The translations under genes were made by a program, and so were the position numbers. Of a stretch of 64,000 bases of DNA, positions 37,701 through 47,463 are shown one piece after another. The stretch is from Paraphysomonas bandaiensis. Taxonomy: Eukaryota; Protista; Chrysophyceae. The notes beneath the pieces were generated by a model. The model saw nothing but the letters and a program-made list of their open reading frames with translations. It had not been told where the DNA came from and made no database searches. Location: assembly GCA_965644295.1 (NCBI GenBank), contig CBFFRP010000001.1, forward strand, positions 148,743 through 212,742, given 5' to 3'. The first letter of the stretch is position 1, and the number at the start of each line of letters is the position of its first letter.

Positions 37701-40391
37701 GATTACGAAGTCCTTGAGTGAAGGTACATATATGACGTACCCTGGTCCATCTTCTCGGTATCCCATGAAGTACCCAATATGGCTATGTGGAGACCAATCG
37801 TTTCTTCTCTGAGACTTGTCTATGAATGTATGGCATTTGCAGCCCCAAATCCTGGCGTAAGATAAATCGGGGGCCTCGTCGTGGATGAACTGATACGGTG
37901 ATATGAATCCCTTTGCAGTGGCGCATGGCAGGCGATTTTTCATATGCGTGACGGTGGACATAGCCTGTTCCCAGAAGTTGGGTGGTAGGCCCGAGTTGCA
38001 AATGGATGCAAGCGTTCTTTCCTTGGTCGTGCGCCATGGTCGTTCTTGTGTGGGGTTGTCTTCTGGCGTGTACGGAGCGTTGAAGGTCCAGGTTGATCCT
38101 AATTTTCTCAGCAAGTTCAGTACACGATGTGATACTAGCTCACGGCCACCATCAGCATGATAGTGTATTAGCCGTTTGCCTTTCGAATGCAGATAATCCA
38201 CAATTTTCTGAATGCACTCAATGACAAAATCCTCGGTTCTGTGTTTTCCATAGAATGTCCAACTGTATCTTGAAGCTGCATCGGTAGCTCCAAAGACTAC
38301 GGTGTTTCCTGTGACTATTGCTGGAGGTGAAAATGGTCCAGTAAAATCAACTGCTATAAGTCCTCCAAGCTCCTGCGATCTTCTGGTTTTTGTCGGTATC
38401 ATTTGCCTTGTCTCGCGCCTATGTTTCCTCCTGTGAGCCTTGCCTTGTGCGCAGCCATCACAAAGGCCTTCTGGTAGCTGTGGCGAGCTCAGGTCGGATT
38501 TTGAAATAGTGATTCCTTTCACAAGATTCAACTTTAGTGCTTTTTGAATTAAGCCAATGGATGCGTGGGTCAACCTTCGATGTGCCAGGGAGATCGAGGA
38601 ACCGCTTGATGTAGATGCCAAGTTGCACTGGTCTTGGATGTAACCTAAATCGGATAATTTGATCTCGTATAGACCGTTTTGTTTCCTGGCTGTGGTTAAC
38701 AAAATTCCATCGTGGTATACGCGTGCCTCGTTTGGTCCGAATATAATATTGCAGTTGGCGTCTGTTGTCAACTGGCTGATAGAAATTAAGGTCTTTGACG
38801 CGTCTGGAACTAGCCTGCACTTGCTAATCAGTCCAAGCTTGCCGTATCCCAATGCCTGCATTTCTGATCCTGATTTGGCGGTGTAAATTGTGGTTTGATC
38901 GTAAGTGAATTCGGAGAGTAAGCTTCGTGCTGCTGTAATTGATATTGTGCAGCCAGAGTCTAGAATGCCAAATTCCTGCTTCTCGTGTTCCGTATGTAGG
39001 ACGTGGTTGTCTGTGATCATCCCAGAGAATGCACTGTAGTCATTGTCATCGTTTGGCCCCTCATCGTCATAGTCTTCCAGTCTTAAGTTCGAATCCCGAT
39101 GACTGTTTCTTGGGTATTTTGATGATGTGTTCTTGGAGTGATGCCCTTTCCCTCTTTTGTCGTCGTTTCGTTTGTTTGTGGACTTCTGCATCTGTTGTAT
39201 GTGTTCCCACGAGTGCTTGCACTCTGCTGCAATGTGGTTGGATCCATTGCATCTGAAGCACTTAACTTCGCGCGAGGCTCTTGTGACTTTGCTGGGCTTG
39301 TTGAATTTCTTCTGTTTTCGCTGCCCGTTGTTGTGCTTCTGCTTCTTCGGTAGACGGGGGTTAAACGGCTGTTTGCCTGTTGAGCTGTAGTTTGCGCTGT
39401 CCCGTTTGGTTTCCGTATTTTGTGATAGTAGGGAGCCTACAGTGGAATGCTCGAATGCTCTCAATCTTCTTATCAGCGTTTTATAATCATCAATTGGGTT
39501 CATTTGGAGGTTGATTGCCAGGTCCTTATAGGTCTGGTTCTCATTTGAGACCATCCCTTGTCGTATTCTTGAAATAAGGTCTTGTTCAGAGACTTTGTGG
39601 CCATGTGTAGCGAGCTTTAATCGCAATTTTTCGACTTCGTCCAGGAATTGATTGATTGTTTGAGCTTGCTTGATTTTGATTGATTGCAGTTGGCCAATGA
39701 GGTCGGTTATCGTATCATTTGAGGTCTTGTCTTTGAAATGCTTTTCGATCTCTGACCATGCCCTTTTTCCATCTCCTTCAGGGACTGTTTCGATAATACC
39801 CTCTGCTTCCTCGTTTTGGCCAATCACCGCGCTGGATAGAAGTGACCATAGGTAATTGTTGCCCTCCTCGAAATACTGCATATTTTCGTCGTAGGCGTTT
39901 TTCCTGTATAGGTAGTCCTCTTCTGTTTCTTCCTCTTGACGTATAGGCTCCTCTGGCGCATCGTTTCTTAGGATGTATACTATCTTAGGCTTACGAAAGA
40001 ACCAGGCTCTACTTTTCTTCTGCCATTTTGAGAAGTTCTTGGCGTCGAAGGGTGGCATGGAATCCTTCCTCTTGTCCGATGAGTCGGAGTCGGAGTTATC
40101 GTAACTGTTAGTCTTAGAACTCATCCGCTGCCAAAATAAGATTTAAGGTTAGTCTTAATATTTAGTAAGAATATACTTGATATTATTAGAGATAAAGATT
40201 GAACGATAAGGCCTAATAGTATAATAGCAAGACACGTTTGAGCAGAGCGTTAGCACCACACACATGTGCGTATCTTGTACAGTCGCGTATCATGTATAGT
40301 TTGGTAATTATTCAGTCTATTTGGTATTTCATTGTATATGTGTGTTGTATTCACGCGTTAAGAGATATACGTGAATCAATGACTCCTAATA
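34764..40391 (-). mobile_element. Full-length Ty1/Copia LTR retrotransposon
   Basis: 258-bp LTRs 34764-35021 and 40134-40391 (identical by eye); 5-bp TSD AACCC (34759-34763 and 40392-40396); PBS TGGCAGCGG; PPT GAGGGGGAG. Confidence 0.97.
35187..40124 (-). CDS. Copia polyprotein, intact 1645 aa
   Basis: CFRCNGSNHIAAEC, ILDSGCT, HRRLTH...CDGC, integrase core (VDFTGP, HADGG, QERPW), KARLVAQG, YVDD, ADSDW, ADILTK in Copia order PR-IN-RT-RH. Confidence 0.97.
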   Translation of the reverse strand: MSSKTNSYDNSDSDSSDKRKDSMPPFDAKNFSKWQKKSRAWFFRKPKIVYILRNDAPEEPIRQEEETEEDYLYRKNAYDENMQYFEEGNNYLWSLLSSAVIGQNEEAEGIIETVPEGDGKRAWSEIEKHFKDKTSNDTITDLIGQLQSIKIKQAQTINQFLDEVEKLRLKLATHGHKVSEQDLISRIRQGMVSNENQTYKDLAINLQMNPIDDYKTLIRRLRAFEHSTVGSLLSQNTETKRDSANYSSTGKQPFNPRLPKKQKHNNGQRKQKKFNKPSKVTRASREVKCFRCNGSNHIAAECKHSWEHIQQMQKSTNKRNDDKRGKGHHSKNTSSKYPRNSHRDSNLRLEDYDDEGPNDDNDYSAFSGMITDNHVLHTEHEKQEFGILDSGCTISITAARSLLSEFTYDQTTIYTAKSGSEMQALGYGKLGLISKCRLVPDASKTLISISQLTTDANCNIIFGPNEARVYHDGILLTTARKQNGLYEIKLSDLGYIQDQCNLASTSSGSSISLAHRRLTHASIGLIQKALKLNLVKGITISKSDLSSPQLPEGLCDGCAQGKAHRRKHRRETRQMIPTKTRRSQELGGLIAVDFTGPFSPPAIVTGNTVVFGATDAASRYSWTFYGKHRTEDFVIECIQKIVDYLHSKGKRLIHYHADGGRELVSHRVLNLLRKLGSTWTFNAPYTPEDNPTQERPWRTTKERTLASICNSGLPPNFWEQAMSTVTHMKNRLPCATAKGFISPYQFIHDEAPDLSYARIWGCKCHTFIDKSQRRNDWSPHSHIGYFMGYREDGPGYVIYVPSLKDFVISSHVFFNECIPDVKENYYAEIESSLREENSENRTTESFQYLVGMTHTDPQDGLQYITTRITVIKGHVAAYRGLAPRENEGRVIELNDPIHAADIERYTAEHFSYQNAVSPPQEEPGCPVEGTAPGRSNSTDSRHDATRGGSHSHLRGPYSNEKEARPRRTAEAQRNTVPKEARGDNKRDHPARKVKRAIKTVNSQGDRSRQSPDGTITGVRTPHRHKVSRCVKKSLHSKRQTRKRVIMNVHKFGDNIYHCDVDKRYLYNHKTPDKHDSYRTLYMNDVDIIMHANDTCSNDVPNTPNNVGEALSGRYKEQWLKAINKEIKSLESKGCWRITTPPANSNIIRGKFVFRVKVKRDEVTFKARLVAQGFSQVEGKDYNETYSPVAKATSMRTVIALATILGLELHQVDFSTAYINADLQEEIYMYPPAGLNVPNGKVLRLLKSIYGLKQSGLNWYKCCTNYLLDCGFTRLVSDPCIFTKSINGRPIILAVYVDDIIIAGKSRTDIIQIKNSLAEKFDIHDLGLLDYYLGIFVKQDIQNRTTTLNQSQYIRNLLHRFNMEDCKPRSHPMTTNFHIDILEKKQLSQENQEFVQNFPYKELIGSLMYIAVCTRPDIAYAVNTLARFSTNPNLTTCKAALNILRYLKGTIDQGLQYSGKSVTLTGFADSDWARCNLTRRSTTAFCFFIGNCLISWQSRLQTTVALSSTEAEYMALSTACQEAIWLRSLLSELGFHMPYSTTIWCDNKGAIQLCLNPVHHRRTKHIAIRYHFIREQVASHSIIVDYMPTNEMLADILTKPLTSNTFHRLRDSLMGGGGINIPASNKRTKVSIPPAENSTKRPRWMT

Positions 40392-40774
40392 AACCCTAAT
40401 CCTAACCTTAACCCATTCTTTACTTTTGAGTGTTTTTTTAAATCAAACTCTTCAATTACAGTTATGCCAGACACACGTGGAATTTGAACCAACCTCTTAT
40501 TATGTAAACTTTGAGAACTGTTTTGGTAGTACAGTGTTTTATTTTCAGGTACACTACTACGAAAGCATCTCACACAACGAAGTATTGAAACCAATGTTAT
40601 TTTATTTCACCATTCGATATGACTTTCTTAAGGCACATTGTAGCAGCAAAAATAGAGAGAGAAATATATATGAAAGAGATACCTATACAGGAGACATATG
40701 CATAATGTCTAAACAGTACATTCTACAGGCGAATAATTACATGGTACCATGAAGGACTATATTCAACGTGGGGC

Positions 40775-41877
40775 TCATCGGGATACGAGGTGAAGGTTTG
40801 TCATGAGAAGGCACACTGCACATGAATGTGAAACTCAAAAGTTAACCATAAGCTCAGTAATACCTTGCTCAATAGTGTCCAGTGCCTCCTCTAGTGCGGC
40901 TCGGTATTTGGAGCTATGTACCAACTTGCTAACAACAACTATCAACAGCGATCTACAGAAAGAATGAAAGCTCAGAACAGATAGTGACCACACGGACAAA
41001 TCTCTCACCTCTCCTGAATACGCCATAGTAGGAGACGGGAGTTATGGGAGGAGTCCAGCATAATGTGAATACAATCGTCATCAACATTAGCCACTACAAA
41101 AAAATTACGACGTGATAGCCAAGCAGTACACCTACTTATATCAGTGCAAAGCCCAGTTAGAGCCTGCAAATTAGCCAGCACTCCAAGCTGATCAATTTCA
41201 GGATTTGGGGAGGCAACTGTTCCATCTTCTGTCACCAAAAGTGCCTTCAGTATTCCTTTGTTATATTGTACTGAATACAAAGTACATAAGTGCAGTCAAG
41301 AGTACAATGATGATGCACACATTGGTATAACACAGGTTTCACCGAGTTTCTAATGATGTCGGCAATCTTGTTATGAAAGCCGTGAAAATCTTTTAAGTTA
41401 AGGCCAAAGTTGGTGAGATCTGATGAATATTCCTGTATAACGAATATTGACTTAAAGAAGAAACCCAGTTCAGGTGTACCGTCGTAAATGCGTTGAGTAT
41501 TTCACTGCATATCAAACGGCCAAACGCGCACCCATCATCGCGGTCGTGAAATAATGCACAGAACACCTTCGCGACGTCATTTGTCACAAGAGTAATCGCC
41601 ACTGTAAAAACCAAGAAAGTGGTTACTACTGGATAAAGAACCATTCGCAACTTACCATTCGATAGTTCTATGTATGATACTTGCATCCCCGATGTTTGCT
41701 GGGAAAATTCAATCATTGCAGTCAGAAGTGATCCAATCAGGCGTGGCTGGTATAATTTTACACTGGTGAGATCTGTCATCACAAGGCGAATGCAGTCACC
41801 TGAGCTACAGAGTTAACAAACTCTTTTGAAAAGAGAACCAAACCACTTGTCGCCATCAGTAAGACATTATGTATCAT
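40775..41877 (-). CDS. Conserved-looking uncharacterised protein, predicted longin-like N-domain plus roadblock-like C-domain; ~7 introns
   Basis: Spliced MIHNVLLMATSGLVLFSKEFVNSVAQ|PRLIGSLLTAMIEFS...FCALFHDRDDG...EILNAFT...GILKALLVTEDG...LLIVVVSK...LVSR*; GT-AG introns keep the frame. The fold assignment is inference. Confidence 0.75.
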
Positions 41878-41992
41878 GATTACACTATCTATGTAAGGCT
41901 CGGTGCTCAAGCTGAATACACTAACTGTGAAATAATTACATGTATTTTAACTGCTCCTCACAAAACCGTATTATTTAAGTTTACGTATTACG

Positions 41993-41995
<3 letters not shown>

Positions 41996-42025
<30 letters not shown>

Positions 42026-42503
42026 TGTATGTATGTATGTATGTATGTATGTATGTATGTATGTATGTATGTATGTATGTATGTATGTATGTATGTATGT
42101 ATGTACATGTATGTATGTATGTATGTATGTATGTATGTATGTATGTATGTATGTATGTATGTATGTATGTATGTATGTATGTATGTATGTATGTATGTAT
42201 GTATGTATGTATGTATGTATGTATGTATGTATGTATGTACATGTATGTATGTATGTATGTATGTATGTATGTATGTATGTATGTATGTATGTATGTATGT
42301 ATGTATGTATGTATGTATGTATGTATGTATGTATGTATGTATGTATGTATGTATGTATGTACATGTATGTATGTATGTATGTATGTATGTATGTAGGTAG
42401 GTAGGTAGGTAGGTAGGTAGGTAGGTAGGTAGGTATGTATGTATGTATGTATGTATGTATGTATGTATGTATGTATGTATGTGTGTATGTAGGTAGGTAG
42501 GTA
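41996..42503. repeat. Compound (TATG)n/(TAGG)n microsatellite, ~500 bp
   Basis: TATG run with CA interruptions at ~42106, 42240 and 42362, and TAGG tracts near the right end. Confidence 0.99.
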
Positions 42504-42566
42504 AAGTGTCAAACATGCTTCATATTTCTCTGTTTGATTTCATGAATGGATTGGTAGTCAATACTC

Positions 42567-45500
42567 ATGTCGCGAAAAGTAGGCAAAGGTAGTAATAGAA
42601 GAAACGTGAGGAGTGCTGCCACTAGTGGGTTCGCAACTGGTTTTCTGGATAACAGCAGACCTGTTTCTCAATCTGGAGCGAGAAAGGGGGGCATGCCTGT
42701 GGAGAGTGATGATGATGATGATGACCTGCCGCCGCTTGTAGGAGAAGATGATGATGATTCTAGTGGATCGGTGCCTGAGTTAGTATCTAACAGCGACAGT
42801 GACTCAGATGATGAGAAATTCCTCCCACCTGCACCTGCTCGAAATAGATTTGAAGAGGACAGGCTACGGAAAGCTGAGCAGGAGCAGAGAAGATTAGAGG
42901 AGGAACGAAAGAGATTAGAGGAGGAACAGAAGAGATTAGACACACTAAAGAAGAAAGAAGAGCTGGAAATGAGGATGAAAGAAGAGTTGAGGCGCAAGGA
43001 AGAAGACCGGAGAAAGTTGGAGTTGTTACGCAGTTGGAGTGCTAGCCTCATTCAAAGCCGGTACAGGGGCCACTTTGTGAGGACAATATATGCACCGGAA
43101 ATAGCTCTACGAGTGGAGTCTCGACGAGCCTTCTATTCGAGATGGGGAGCCACTCATCACGTGGTCACTTCCAAAGCTTGTAGCAACAAGGCACCCAAGG
43201 CTTTCTCGTGGTCTGATCAGAAAGTCCGCTACGATATGGTGGTGTGTGCGGACGAGACGGAGGGAGTGGGTGGCTTGAGAGAATTCCGAGAGATTACAGA
43301 GAAGGTTGCTTTTGAGAAGCCTTCTGTCACGGAGATAAACGACGAATATTTTGACTCTGACCCGTTAGAAGAAGAAGTCAAACCAGAGAATGAGCGAAGA
43401 GAAGAAAAATACTTGGTGCTGGCGTCCGTAGATAACATAGAGATATCCAATCCTGTCAACAAATGGTTAGATGCCGCTGATTCTAAGTATAGGCAGATGT
43501 TTCTGCGGCGTATCGAGGAGCTGGCGCGTGGCCACCGAAGCTATGCATACAGCAAGCGTCTTATCGGATGTTCCCACCCACTCTTTGAGGCCAAACTAGA
43601 TGCTGGTATGCGTATCATGTGGACTGAGCTTCACAGACAAGGTGAAGCGCCCTCCATTATGGTGAGTAGTTAGGTTGTAGGTATGCTATCCTCTCATGCA
43701 TTTCCCAGATTTGGTTTGTGAGCAAGCACGACAAGGTGCCTCATTATGTGAAGCTCATGAATATGTATTTTTCTCGTCAGAAGACTGCACGTGATGCTGC
43801 TGTGGGTATTGAAGGTGATGCAATATCGCTTGGGGAGCATACCTGTCTTCTTGACCCAATAGGAAACTCCCCAATGAAAATCTATATGGCATCTAGGGAT
43901 GACCTTGCCACGATAGGGATCTCAAACCGTAAGCTACCACTGCGGCTCAGCTCCCATGAGAAACGCGTTAATTCACACGAGGGAACTGTACTCTTATTAG
44001 GTCGATCTGGGACAGGGAAAACAGTATGTCTGTGTAACCGCATGACCCAGGATCGCATTCACCTTAAGAGCTCGCATGGCAGGAACGTTATCACTCAACT
44101 CTTCGTTTGTAGAAGCCGGAGACTAAGAGACAACGTTTCGAGATACCAACAAGAGTACTGCTACGCTGGTACCGGCGACGACATGATGTCTGCGGATTTT
44201 TTAACGATAAACAGTTTCATTGCGCAGCACATGGCATCGGCTGTATTCGGCAATCGTGGGCGGCTTCGCTTTGAAAAAGTAAAAGAAGTTGACTTTCGGC
44301 GGTTTAAAGAGGAATTCTACCATGATATACGCCCGAAGAAAGGGCAAGTTCTTGATCCACTAGTTGTCTGGACTCAAATTCGGTCGTTTATAAAAGGGTC
44401 TGTAGAAACTGTAATGCATGCACTGGGCCGAGGAGAACCGAGACCCGAATCTTGGGAGTTTGGTAATGATCCCTGGGTGCACAAAGAGCAGTACATGAAC
44501 TTTTCCTCTGGTCGATGCAGGTTGACAATGGAACAGAGAATAGCTGCGTATGATATGTTCGTACATTACCAGCACGAATTGCATCGGCGAGGCCTTTGGG
44601 ATGAGGGGGACCGCATTATGGATTTAATACGTGGCTCACAGCTTAATGGTACGCTCAATTACTCTGGACGGGACGGCCCCTACGACAAGGTCTATGTGGA
44701 CGAGATTCAGGATAGCACACAAGCGGAGATCCTTCTCTTCTTCCTTGCAGCGGGTATGAATTATCAGGCATTATTCCTTGCCGGAGACCCCGCACAGAGC
44801 GTTGTTGAGGGAGTTGACTTCAGGTTTGAAGAGGTACGACAGCTTGTGTACCTAATTAGCGGGAAAACAGCACGCTTAGATAAGCTCGAGAAGCTACAGG
44901 TCAACTACCGCAGTCATGCTGGAGTTATTAGCTGTGCTGCTGGAGTCCTTGAACTGTTGTTCTCGATATTCCCAGATTCTGCGAAAGTTCTTCCCAAGGA
45001 CCAAGGGCTTTGCAATGGCCCGCGCCCTGTGTATATCCGCGACTTTGATCACGAGAACTCTAAGCTGCGACACATTCTGTTGACGGATCCTAAAATGGTT
45101 GTGCTAACTCGAGACGAATACTTCGTGGGAGAGTTCGAGGATACGCTATCCTCTGAGCACGGAATGGCTGATATCATACCCTCTAGTACCCTCAAGCTCA
45201 GCATCAGAAATGCGAAGGGAATGGAATTCTCTGATGTTCTACTTGTAAACTTTTTTTGTGTCCTGTCCACAGAGGAGCAATCTTGGTGGAAACGGACATT
45301 AGACAGGACTGCAAACAGCGTTGAGGAGACACAGTTCCCACAGATGGAAACTCAGCTTAAATTATTGTACACCGCAATTACCCGTTGTTGCAATCGACTC
45401 GTTTTCGTAGAGACGAAGCAGTCCCGGGCTGGAGATGCCTTCTTTCGGTGGCTTAAACATAATGATTTAGCTGAAGAGTATGTTCAACCCTCACAGGATG

Positions 45501-45898
45501 CTGATGCTGTCACGGGATTAATGAATAATGATGAGTGGCGCGCTAGAGGAATTGAGAGAGTGATGGCAGGTGATGGTAGCATTCCGCTATTGCGAAATGC
45601 TGTGAGCTGCTTTACTTGCGCTGGTGATAAGGATTTGTTGGCTAGAGCCCAGCTCCTCCTCGACATCGAATTATTTAAGAACCGTATGTCCAATTTGTTG
45701 AATGTAACGAATACTTTTGACGATAAGACTGAAGCTACTGTTGCCGATATGATAAAGAGATGTGTTGAAAAGAATATGTTCGTTGACGCAAGTGACATGT
45801 GTGAACTGGTGTGCCCGCATATTGACAATAACCACCAAAGACTTATTTTTCAAAAGGAGGTATATGATGTTGTTAAATATTTAGCGTCACAACACTAA
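42567..45898 (+). CDS. TRANK1-like protein: acidic/coiled-coil N-terminus, IQ motif, RelE/ParE-like domain, UvrD-type SF1 helicase; one intron 43662-43708; ~1094 aa
   Basis: IQSRYRGHFVR; LFEAKLDAGMRIMW; GRSGTGKT, VDEIQD, AGDPAQS, NYRS, AKGMEF, LYTAITR. The 47-nt GT-AG intron joins the two ORFs in frame. Confidence 0.88.
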
Positions 45899-45982
45899 TA
45901 TGTTGTGATGATGTGTAACTTGACCAGCGTAATAACTATAACATGTTTTTCAATGGTGTTTCTGTGACCTACACTTGTTCGT

Positions 45983-47452
45983 TCAGTATATTGGTGGCAA
46001 TTTACCCCTGCTCAAGACATTTAGTTCGAGCAGAAGTGGGTTAGTTCTTCTTTCCTTCCACGCTGAATTTTGAACAATTTCTGCGTCTGCACCCAGATGG
46101 AATTTCATCCCAGGGGACTGACGAATTAAATCATCAAATTGTACCCGGGCATCATCTAGATCACGCTGTTCTTCTGTATCTGATTGCATGATTTTATAGA
46201 CGATGTTAAACTTCTCTAAAAGCACTCCTATTCTGGCACGATCCACCACTGACAAAAAGCAACACATCACCATTAAAATCACACCTACGCAGATGCGCGG
46301 ATAATTCATATAATATACAGCGAAATCCATTTGATGTTCAGCTTAGTAGGTGTGGTAGTCTATTCCTGCGCAGCTTACTTGCACTTTTTAACTGACGTAG
46401 TTTGGTGCATAGTTGGACAAAAAGTTATCCACCAAGTCGGAGTACCCCTCAGCCCTCAGCTGTCAGAAACTTTATTACAGCCAGGTTCAATAATTGTGAC
46501 TTGTGCAACCCATTAAAGGTGATGATGCCCACATATAACGGTTCAATTAATCTGGCCATTTTCGGGTTACAAGCAGTGTTGTCACCAGTAATGAACTCAA
46601 CACAATTGAAGTCCAACTACATTAACTTTAACTCATCAAACAGATAATCTCCGATTAATTCTGCTGTAAAATCAGAATCCTCATCTTCATATATTGCACT
46701 CCACAGCATAGATAGCAACACTTGTTTGACATATCTATCTAAAGGATCACTTCCTTGTCAAACCACCCCGCATGGGACTTGTGGTGTGGTTTGAGAATTG
46801 CGTCTACCCTGATCCATTTTTTTGCTTCATTAGGCCCTTCTCGACTGCATATTATTCTCTGCATTGCTATTTAAAATCCCAGTTTTTTAGTTCTTCTCTT
46901 GTAGTTCCAAAATACTCATAAAATCTGTTCATTCGATGCCATTCCGTTCAAAAACTTTAATAGTGATAAGCATGACTATTCAATGATTATTGTCCATTAT
47001 AGTTACACCCACACATATATACTACTTTTCCTCTGATAGTGGTACCTAACGGATACACTACTATACTTGAATATTTCGAAGCAGTGGAATATGTGCAATC
47101 CCCTAATATATTTCTTTGCCAGAACGATCTTTGACATGCTACAATATATTGCTCCTGCGTGCTGAGGTTAAAGTGTATACTAACCCTATATACTACTATC
47201 ACACGTTATACAATTATGATTAATAAAATGATAACGTGGCCTTGCACATATATATACAATGTCATGGTCAAACTTCTATATAATAATATGCAAACAATTA
47301 ATGGGTTGTACCTTTGAGCATTAGCTATATACATCATTTTAAGATGCTATCTATATATATAATATATCATTGGCAATTTTATTAATTGGCAACATTTACC
47401 AATAAGAAAATAATAATTGAATCTGACACTTTTAAAGCCAATTAATTTAATC
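45983..47452 (-). mobile_element. Decayed hAT element with transposase remnant
   Basis: DARVQFDDLIRQSPGMKFHLGADAEIVQNS; ~46920-47450 is colinear with ~23650-23880 plus ~24960-25190. Confidence 0.7.
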
Positions 47453-47463
47453 GGATGAATCTA

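Noticed and set aside
35491-39855. Many small antisense and alternate-frame ORFs within the Copia
   Set aside because: Shadows of the long polyprotein ORF
40392-40415. Telomere-like AACCCTAATCCTAACCTTAACCC next to the Copia
   Set aside because: Only ~4 degenerate units, internal to the contig; not evidence of a telomere or of telomere targeting
41869-42516. Six long ORFs (MYVC/HTYI repeats), likewise 27825-28007
   Set aside because: Translations of (TATG)n microsatellites, not genes
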